Made by a program: the position numbers and the translations under genes. The notes beneath the pieces are model-generated. The model did no database searches. It was not told the origin of the DNA and saw only the letters and a list, made by a program, of their open reading frames with translations. Shown here one piece after another: positions 24,961-35,004 of a DNA stretch of 64,000 nucleotides. The DNA lies in assembly GCA_051362555.1 (NCBI GenBank), contig CM120646.1, positions 14,384,001 to 14,448,000 on the forward strand, given 5' to 3'. The number at the start of each line of letters is the position of its first letter. Within the stretch, counting starts at the first letter, position 1. The DNA is from Lingula anatina (taxonomy: Eukaryota > Animalia > Brachiopoda).

Positions 24961-24977
24961 CTCTCCCCCTCTCCCCC

Positions 24978-25011
<34 letters not shown>

Positions 25012-25027
25012 TAAACACACACACACA
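24961..25027. repeat. (CT)n plus short (AC)n microsatellite between the two 3' ends
   Basis: Seen directly. Confidence 0.93.
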
Positions 25028-25543
25028 GTTTTGGGCTAAAACAATGATGAAATTTTCTACATCACTTCGCTTGATAAGCACAGTATAACAAAGTATACGG
25101 GGGCATTATTCCATAAAATAAAGGGCGAGGGGATAGATGTCCCGTTTCCTTCTTCCCGCTGAAGGAAGATGAAGATGAAAGGGGTAAGCGGTACCTAGGA
25201 AGCTTTGGTAGTCCGATCCCGCTGTGCTCTCTCAGAGACCAGCCGTTATTTCTATGTGCAGTGAACCACACAAACACAAACGAAACTACAAACACAATCT
25301 TCAACCGAACACAATCTGCGATTGCAGCAGTTGAGATCTCACCCGGATCTCCTCCCAAAAGCAATCAAAGGGTTGCAGGAACTGTCGACGTACCATTACG
25401 TCAGAGGAAGCCGAATATGAAGACTTATTTCTCAAATTGAATATGCCTCATGCTGTCCTTGTAGGAACATGTAAATTATATACACACGATACTCGAAGTT
25501 AGTTAACATAAAGACAAACAAGAGTGCCCAATTTTGGATTTTC

Positions 25544-25549
25544 TTTATT
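25544..25549 (-). terminator. Candidate distal hedgehog poly(A) signal
   Basis: Minus-strand AATAAA followed about 20 nt later by CA and a GU-rich element (TCTTGTTTGTCTTTATGTT). Would give a 3' UTR of about 2.15 kb. Confidence 0.55.
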
Positions 25550-26837
25550 GACCTCTGCACGTATTGTTCAGAAAGTTATTTTGGTATCATTCAAGTTTGA
25601 GTTAAACGTGAAGAAACCATTAGTGTTTATTCTTATGTTTGACAAGGGGCATTATAATAACGCAAATGCCAACACATCCCGTTTGGTATAAACTGTTTCT
25701 CAATTTTTTCAATACCAAGGTTTTGATTTAGCGTGCAAAGCTTGAAAGTTCGACTAGTAGCTCGGATTGTGACTGATATTTATTGTATTTTACATTTTCT
25801 AATCAAACAGTGGTCTTTGTGTCCACCTACAATGGGCAGTGATTAACCAGCACTGGGGCATAAATGGCAACTGCAGGACATTTCGTTGACGCGATTTTAA
25901 AAATCTTCTATCTTAAAAAATCTGTACCTTTAAAATGGTAAAAGGTATGTGGCATTTTCGATTAAAATAATACTAAAATAATAATGTTTTTGGACATATA
26001 CCCTTCCTCAACATCTGACAAAGCGGTGGTTGAGTGAATACTGGTTTGTTAGTAAATAGTGATTTGATACAATTTAGTGATTTGATCGATGGGTGACTCG
26101 TCTATTGCAGCCATTGAGATAATTTGTCGAAACACAGCAGAATAGGCAACATATGTCTATATTTTCATTATTATTTGTCTGAAGTCGTATATAAAATGTG
26201 GATTGTTTTCAAAATTGAGATAAATAAAGCGTTTCTTCGAATTTGCATATTACAATGCTAATGTTACTCCTTCAAAAGTGAATGGAATATCGGCAGATCT
26301 TATTATATTTGGACTCGTGTGCCTGTTTAACATTCAAAACCTTTGAGTATTGTACTACTTACATAAGAAGTGCGATCCAAAATTACTGCAATCGTATTCA
26401 TTTCCAAAACAACCTCAAACAAATAATTGCTTTCGTGGTATTGTATCAAGCGTTATTTAGACAAAAATTCGTTTAATTTTGTTGCAAAATAAATTGCGGA
26501 TACTTAAATGCATGCACGTGTACTTCTAATGAATGCAAATGTTGACAATTCAGCAGCAAAATCCAATTAAGTAGTCGCAGTACAAATATCTTGTTGTCTT
26601 TATCTGTATATTAAGTACTGTGATAATAAAGAAGTTTCATTGCAATATTTCCCCATCATCATCAGCGAACAAGAATGTTAAACAATTAATTGTTGTAATA
26701 AAGAGTTTAAAATAAATGTCTCACTATTTCTTGTAACAGATGGTAACTTTACACAAATCATATATCTATAAATGTGTATATATATTTACTTATATATATA
26801 TACCTAAACTTGGCACCATTTAAAGACATGCTATATG

Positions 26838-26846
26838 TCTTTGGTT
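26838..26846 (-). promoter_or_regulatory. miR-9-5p 8-mer target site (distal) in the hh 3' UTR
   Basis: The mRNA reads AACCAAAGA, complementary to miR-9 nt 1-9 (UCUUUGGUU). Confidence 0.5.
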
Positions 26847-26871
26847 CATGCATGTATAAATATATTTACAG

Positions 26872-26877
26872 TTTATT
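26872..26877 (-). terminator. Candidate proximal hedgehog poly(A) signal
   Basis: Minus-strand AATAAA about 800 nt after the stop codon. Confidence 0.4.
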
Positions 26878-27157
26878 GATAAAACAATGAATAAATCTAG
26901 CATGGCGCCAGAATATATAATATAGCTATCTACGAGATTGTCATCTTACGCAGACATAACGTTATGATAACTTTTCCTTATTTGAGTTTTTATAAAAATA
27001 GATTTCGTGGCTGAAGCATGTTTGATAATATACATTTTACTGCAACGTGCGTATAACTATTCGTAGTCATATAAATAAATACTCTTATCAAGCAGTTAAA
27101 TAGTACCAAGCCTCAAAAACCAACCCCATGCATTGACTTGCGTGTTTCCCAGTTCGG

Positions 27158-27166
27158 TCTTTGGTT
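27158..27166 (-). promoter_or_regulatory. miR-9-5p 8-mer target site (proximal) in the hh 3' UTR
   Basis: The mRNA reads AACCAAAGA, in a 13-bp context identical to the distal site. Confidence 0.55.
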
Positions 27167-27680
27167 CATAACGCTATTAAGAATGCAATGTGGCAGTACG
27201 TTCATATGTGTGATAAGTAAGGGATGCCGTGCACTGATTGTCCTTAGACTGGCCGATAAATGGCATATTTAGAATACCACTTTCATTTGTCTTTGTGTTT
27301 TCCCTCATTGACTTACTTGTATTACTAATTTAGCATAAGTATGCCTCTTTTACGATACCGCCTTTTCTGAAAAGTGAGTAAATTTGATATTCTCTTGCAC
27401 GGAAAACTGCCTTGAAACTCCCTTCAGACATTGTCAATGAAGAATTGCAGGCGGAGTTGCCCAGTTTTCTTACTATGGATGCCGTGCTTTTCGGTGGGCA
27501 TGTCGAAGAACGCACATCATCGCAAAGACTGTCTTCTTTTGTGAAGCTCTTAACAGCAAGAACAACATGAACATCTATAGAAGAGCAACTCGAACGAACA
27601 CATAAGTAAGACCCCATGCGAGGACTGTGTCGAAATACAAAACGCAAGCACACCAATATCAGTGGATGCGAATGGCGCCA

Positions 27681-28360
27681 TTAGGGTTGGAAAAGCAAGC
27701 TTTCTCCCAGGACGTACGGTGAGATCTTGAACAGCAACTTCGAGTACCAGTGCATACCGTTTTGTGGCATTGATTGCTTCCAGTCAATGTTTAAGTAGTC
27801 TTTTGCAAAGTTTTTGGCAGTGTGCATCCACCTGGCCGGTACAAACGCCATGTGTGCAATATTTTGACTATTAATCACGCCATAGCAGGACGCTAGTGTG
27901 TCATCAACGACTATAGTTCCGTGCTTTGTCAAGGGAGCATACGCTCCTTCCCGCCAACCGGGTTCGATTTTTACAATCTGACTCAGTCTCACGTGCCCCG
28001 TTGTCTCGTGTGCACGATATAAATACTGTCCAACTTGGGCGTCTCTTGCAAAGATAGCCTTTTTATTTAAACTATAGGTGTCACTACTGGCGTTCGTTGA
28101 CGACACGAAGATCATATGACTGTGTGTTAGTGAAATGCTTCCTCCATCTGCCGTCTGCAGCGTGTAATACAGGCCTCGGTGGTCCGTTCGTCTGTCCAGA
28201 AATATCATAACTTCGCTGAAGTGTAGGTTTCCGTTGGAATCCGCAGTAAGAACGCGCTGGCCGATCTTAAGTTCGGACATGGGTATCCTGTGTCCGTCTT
28301 CGAGTGTAACTTGGCCACTGGCATCAAAGCACCCTCCGCCATGAACAGCAGCCGCTGAAT
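27681..28360 (-). CDS. hh: Hedgehog exon 3 (autocleavage site and Hint/Hog domain)
   Basis: Acceptor TCTCCTCTAG, then (D)SAAAVHGGG|CFDASG, FLD (cholesterol-activating Asp), LTHSH (TxxH), GAYAPLTKHGTIVVDDTLASCY, AHMAF, HWYS, and TAA. 680 nt. Confidence 0.99.
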
Positions 28361-31300
28361 CTAGAGGAGACAGAAACAATATCTTATAAGAATTTCAACT
28401 AATGCAATGTCCTCAATCCTTAATCTATCCATTCACTGTGTGACATGTACTTCAGATAATTCTTCCGACAAAATATTAAAAAAATCTAATAACTGGCTTT
28501 TTAATTCTAATTACATGCAATCTGTTTGTAAAACACGACACTTGATAACATGTGCAGGTTTCACATCCTATCTTAAAAATAAAACGTCACTAATCACATA
28601 ATATGCTTTGTCATTGCTCCATACAAAACAGTAAAAACTTTCTTGCGACACCCCACCTTGATGTTACGTTAAACAGGTATTATTAACACGGTTGATTACA
28701 CGGTAAATCATATTTTTTATCATACATTTCGCAAAAGCATAGCAATACTTTTATTTCTGTGAAATGCTTGTACATTGAAAAGTATAGTCGCTCATAGGTA
28801 TGTGTGGTTCTGGTGGTTGGTGCCAGAAATAATACACCATGAAGACGAGGTACGGGAAGGTTAACAGCGCGTAAAGTTTATGGGAATGGCGCCGTTTCCT
28901 AAATACGGCATCACAGGAAATCATTGTCGAAATGTACTCAGCACTCCACGGTGGGTATATAGCCTCCTTCGCTGCGGCCCGTGGCCTGTTTGTCGTAAGG
29001 ATGTAGTTGAGGCAACGAACAAACAAAGCACTACATTAAGTCCTCTGTTGGGGCTGAAAGTTAAGTTTCATTATGTCAAAGGGCACAACGTGGCTGCTCG
29101 GTTAAAAACGGCGTTTAAACATAGGGGCTTAACCTTTCGAACGGGGGCAAAAGACATCGTTTCCGTCTTAAAACTCAAATAGCTGTAGGCAAAGGAACGT
29201 TATGTTGGAATTACCACTTCTACGAATGTTTTTTAAGCAAGTTAAAATTCTGGACTTAAGATTGTTGGAATCATGCATCCACGTAACATCGCCTAAAGGC
29301 CGACGGTTGTTAGTAAATATATAACTGTTTATTGTTCATACTAGTATGTGACCGTGGTTCAAGAGAGGTAATGGTAAGCCTGTAGTTTACCCCGACACGT
29401 TTGTCATCCCATCCTGCCAGTTCTGGATGTTTTCCCCATTTCGATAATCCGTTCTGAATGAACGACATGCGCTTCCGTCGTGAAAGATGAGGCCAGATCA
29501 TCTTAAACCTTGCCATTCATTTCTCTTGTATTCAGTAAAAAATAATCTGATTAGTCAGCCAAAACGGCAAGTTACACGTGTATCATGTAAGTCGTATTAA
29601 GGTCTTAAGCATCAACCGTATCGAGTTCATTGAGCGAAAAATAGGTAACATAAGTATCATTGCTGTGGGGCAAAAGATCCCGTTAGTTCTGAAACATTTC
29701 CCCATGTTCGCCGATTAAAATGTTTACTGGTTAACAGCACTGGGTCAAGAGTCCTGTTTTCTGATCATGTATGTACTAAACAGTGGGTCAATATTTAAGC
29801 TTAGCCGGTGACATGCCAGACAAAAGGAACCCAACGACACTTGTCAGTAATCCTGTTACTACGTGATTGGGGGAAAGTATGAGGTATTAGCTCATAAGAC
29901 GCCTTTCAACACCTATGGTATAAACAACGTTTTGATCGGAGGCACTAAGATGCAGAACGCCTGGTCGCCAGGCCGCTGCAGCAAGGCTTTAACTATGCCT
30001 GTGAAATGACGAACAACAAGACAAACAGGTCAAGTGATGGAATTAAACTTTGGACTGGGCCATATATAACATGTTGAATTTTGAATCAACATACAAATCT
30101 GCCTTGACAAGTGTATGTGTCTTTCAAAAGAATTGTTTCAGATTTAGCGTGCGTTTCCTCTTCCAAATCGATTTTGTTTGTTACTATCCTTTTTGAAAAA
30201 TATTCCTCTTAAACAGGAAGTGGTTGCCTACAGAAAATCTTTTAAGTGATACATAAAAGCATCCTAAATTAGTTGAAATGCGAAATAGACAAAACTCTCC
30301 TTTTTTTCTTTTGTCCTCCATATCTTTGAGATACGTGATTAATAAAACACAAACATTCTCCCTATGTACGTAACCGCTTGTAATGCTAACATTTTTTTAA
30401 ATACTCTATGTACAAAGCTGTACTTTTAAAACAGTTGTTGTAGCAGGTGTATATCACTATAGAAGGACATTAGGAATGGACTAAAACAAGCCTATTGCAT
30501 TGTTTTATGTGATTGTATGAAATGTCAGTATATTTCAAATATTTTAAAATTTTAATATTTTACACATTTAGAATGGTTCCTTTTAAAAGCTGCCGTGGTG
30601 CTTCTCGTGGAAGTGCAGATTCCTCATGTTACAATAACCCAAGGGATACTTGAATTATTATCTAATGTCTTTTTACGTGCAAGATAGGTACAGAAGCACA
30701 ATTTGGAATATGTACAATAAATATTCCGGGTGTTGTTTAATCTTCTTCTTTATGGATTATTATAGGGCGGTTTTAATTAAAAAAATACTTTATACGGAAT
30801 TAGTATGAACTGCTAAACCAAAAAAGTGGTATACTTGAATTTGGGATGATACCGCAAAATCCACTATAATATTGTAACTACTGTTTGAAAATATTAGCAA
30901 TGTGTTTCTAAAATAAAACTGGAATCAATCATTTTAAACAATGTTACATTTAATCAGACAGCTACAAAGTCGACTAAACATGTGGGCTTAAAAGTTTAGG
31001 CCAATTTCTGTCTTCAGTTGTTTTGTGACACTGGTCCCAGAAACCATTTATCATGAAGACGATCTGTATAGTTTTGCTATTGTCTTTGTCTCGGGACCGA
31101 ATCTGTCTTTGTAAGTGTCTGTTCCAAAGGTACCTTTCGTATCGTAATGCTCTGTCGTGTCTTTCAAAGTGAGCAATGGTTATTTTTGAAGCAAAAGTTT
31201 TATCTAAGTAGCGGAGTGTCATTTCAACTGTACACATTTAAAAGAGAACAGTGAGAGTAGTTTTTAACTCAGTCGGTCTATATAATATAAGTCTTAGTAT

Positions 31301-34300
31301 GTCTGTGTATGAAGCAAACAGTGTGCTGGTAGAGAGGGCGGTCAATGAGCCTTGTCGTAATTAGCAGCATGTCTGTTTCAGTCTGGCCACGTGGTTTTCC
31401 CATGATCGGAGCCCCTACTTCAATGGCCGTGGGTCTATTTCAGTAGGAGGCAGTGTGTCTGTTTCAATGGGGCTGGGGGACATGCTTTGCTCGCTATTCT
31501 GTGACCTTGTCAAACAGGCATTATCAGCTAATGGAATGTTTATCCAACCGTTTGTTAATGCTATTTTCTATTTTGACTTTATGGATGATTGGTCATGGGA
31601 GAGCTGTTTTGAATTTTTGACATTGTGGTGTGTTTGCTTAAACTTAGACACTTGAAATTCATAGTGCGTTTGACATCGGGAGTGTATTTAACTTTTTCAT
31701 AGGAACTTGGGTATAAGAGGCGTATTTAAAACACATATAAGCGAATAATTTATCAATTTAAAAAAATTAAGTTAATTATCTACTCAAAAATGAAAATGCG
31801 CCATGATAAGGTTAGGTTATACGTGTCTCTGCAATGGAATATGAGGGAATTACAGCACACATCTCGGGCATTTATATACTAGGTTTTTGTGAGCTATCAT
31901 AGTACGACAGAAACAGACAATTGCTTCACGAAGGACAGAGTAAATGTTCATTTGCTTACAAACCAGGAGGTTTACATGACATTTGCGTCTGGACAGAGTG
32001 TTAATCCCGCAGCTCAACAGTGGCTTTGAACCGCGAGAACCGAGCTGGTTTTACACCCAATTGGTTCTTTTCTTACAATAAAACCGTACACTAGTCCCAT
32101 CAAATGTTGCCAGTTTGCTTTGAGAAGTCTTGACTAAGCCTTTATACGTTTCTAAATCCCGGCTTAAGTTCTTGACACAAACGCTCGTTCTCACTCATCT
32201 CTTCTATAATGCCCTCGATACGTCGCCCCGGGTGACCTACTTTCTTTTGCGGCGACCTTGTCGTGTTTTAACTAGTTTTTTTTAAGTGGTGACGGCGTCT
32301 TGGGGATTAAGCCGGCGGTGGTCCAGACAGTTGCTTTAACCATCCCTAGTTTACACATCCGTGTAATACCTATTTTCCTTAACCGGGTTCCAGTCAAAAC
32401 ACTACAGTTCCATAAACCCACTTCTTGTCACCTTCTCAGATATTGGAAACGACAAGAGCGACGGTGACTCGGTCTCAAGTTCGGTGATCCTTCTCAATGG
32501 AAACGTCAACTGAATACAGTTCACACGAATTCCGTTATAACAGACAACCATTTTAACATGTTCTGAACCTAAACGATTGCGCAGGAATTATATTTCTTCT
32601 ACAACGATATCTTTAAAAAAATCCCCATAATATATCTTATGGGGATCTGAATAAAAAAATTAATTATAACCTTTGCACTGCAATTTGACATATCATACTT
32701 TATCTATTTTAAATTGAAACACATTTCAAAACCGAATGGGCCCTATCTTGTTTTGGCTATTATCATAAGCGATATCAACTAGTAAACATCTCTATGCTTT
32801 TTTATTCATTGTCATATGGTGAATTTCTTTACGAATGTTGAACAGCATCACTCCTCTTCAGCCCGTTTCCTTACCAGCCAAAAAATACAATCATCTATTT
32901 TTTTAATGTGTTTCTAAGCGCTGGACTCAATTGTTGACGGTATGTAATGGCTCTGCAGGACGTTCTAGTGCCTTTTTGACCAAAATGACTCAAGCCACCA
33001 ATCAATTAAATCAAGGACTGATTAACTGCAATTTCGTCTTTTAAATCATCGAATTGAACTGCCACAATATCCGCCGCAATGTTGCAGCAACGGAAGACAA
33101 ACCCTAGACCTTATGTTGTTTAACCGCAAGCGGTTCCGATATCAAGCTTGGTAATTAATTTCTAAAGTGTCTTTATCGGTAAGGTATCAGGCGATTCAAT
33201 TATGCCGAACACCTCTTAACGTCAAATTTATCAAGCTTTTAGAATTTTGAGCGCAGACGATTTGACGCGTAATCGATTTTGTCTGACTCTCACCAAAGGT
33301 ATGAATTAGTTCGGGTAATGATCACTGTGCCGAGCTTTGGTCCTCTCTAACAAAATATTGCCATCACAACCCAGCTATCTGTGTTAACACGAACATATTG
33401 TGTCGTTATTCCCCTTTTTTCACGTATAACTTTATAAATGCACCCTGTAAAACGTGGGGTCCATTCTCATGACTTACGTTTAACACGTGCAAGTTATTTC
33501 ATTGATACGACTCGTTTCCTTACGTCTAATTAAACATGAAGTGATAACGTTTATTTATCTTTTGAAAGTCCTGTCCCTTATAAATGAACCCGATGAATGG
33601 CGCACTTGCCCCTAGATAGAAGGTGGAGCGACCCACACACCGCCGTACAATGAATGGTCGGTGTTATGTTTCAGTGCGATGAATATAATACTATCGACCC
33701 CAAATCTGATTACACACCTCGCTTTATCTTATTATTCATCTCGCTTTATCCCATTATGATTCCATAATTTTATATGAGCCATTAACACAGATGCCCCTTA
33801 AGTGCGGTATTGTTATTTAGCCCGAGGCAGCACTTATTCTCTCCGCTTCATTTGCATAGTAAATATCAACAGTTTTGAAAACGGGAAACCCACGGGCAAA
33901 CAAATGGCGGTAAGCTTAAGGTCACACCTCTATGATACCTCCTCTTCCTCTCTTTTTATGTGAGTCTTTCACTGAATAAAAAATGCACTAAGGGGGGCAC
34001 AGACCTCAGAGTTTGAAGTAAGATGTGGCCTTTGACTGGCACGGAGGAAGGCGAACAATATCTACAAATGGCAATGCCTTACACTGACATTGTGGCTATC
34101 TGTTATATTTGACACTATCATCATATGAGGCCCGCCCTTTTCGAGTATTTTGAAATGGGGCGGTTATAAAATTGTCTAAAAAGTATGGTAAAACGACCAT
34201 AGCGACTACGTGGACATATTTAATGTGGGTTTTGTTATATCACATTTGACAGATTACATTGTGGATGAGCTTGCCATGGCCATTGTATTCCCAGCTATCA

Positions 34301-34742
34301 TTTGACTATGAAAAAAGTGCCACATATTTCTCTTGTGTTCTATTGTCGTACTTTTGTACTTGGCACTGATTTTCAAAGGTTTATGTCAATATGTGAAAGG
34401 TACTCGTTTTAATTGTTAACATTAAAATAAATATTCATGTTGTTCAGAAACGAAGCGCATTTAAGGCATCGCCAAAATTTAAATTTAAAAAAGTGGAAGA
34501 AAAGGCGTGTTTGCGAAAACAGAAATAAAAAGGGAACCAATTACAAAAACACAGAGATATAATGCGTGTAATGCACATTGAGATATCCTGGGAACTTGGG
34601 CGATTAAGTCAGAGAAAATCAAAGCCTTTTTGACTCAATTTGATTCATTTCATTCTTTGGGAATACAATACAAAAAAAAAAAAAAAAAAGAACGTGACAC
34701 GAACAAAATCACTTAGAAACAATGATGCACAGCAAGCCTTAC

Positions 34743-35004
34743 CTGATTTTACCGAACAATGGATATGGCCTCTATTCTGGTAGTACACCCAGTCGAATCC
34801 GCTTTCCACCGCCAGTCGGGCTAACATTCCGTATTTTGCCCTATCTCGGTCACTCGTGGTAATGTCCACCGCTCTTCCTTCGTAATGTAAAGAGTCTTTA
34901 GAGTGCTGCTCATCCGTGTCATAAGCCTCCGTGACTCGTAGTTTGACACCAGGCCATCTGACCATAACTGATATAGCCAAACTGTTTAATTTGTCTTTGC
35001 ACCT
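34743..35004 (-). CDS. hh: Hedgehog exon 2 (C-terminal half of the Hedge domain)
   Basis: TTACAG acceptor, [14 protein letters not shown]...[17 protein letters not shown]...[19 protein letters not shown], donor G|GTAAGG. 262 nt, the canonical hedgehog exon 2 size and phases. Confidence 0.99.

Noticed and set aside
27330-27656. 108-aa ORF just downstream of the hh stop
   Set aside because: Non-ATG start, not in frame with hh, strong TAA stop upstream and no known motif. Treated as 3' UTR.
34645-34742. ORF-track extensions of hh exons past their splice sites (also 48138-48266 and 28361-28379)
   Set aside because: Hedgehog similarity stops exactly at consensus GT/AG sites at the conserved intron positions. 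The extensions are intronic.
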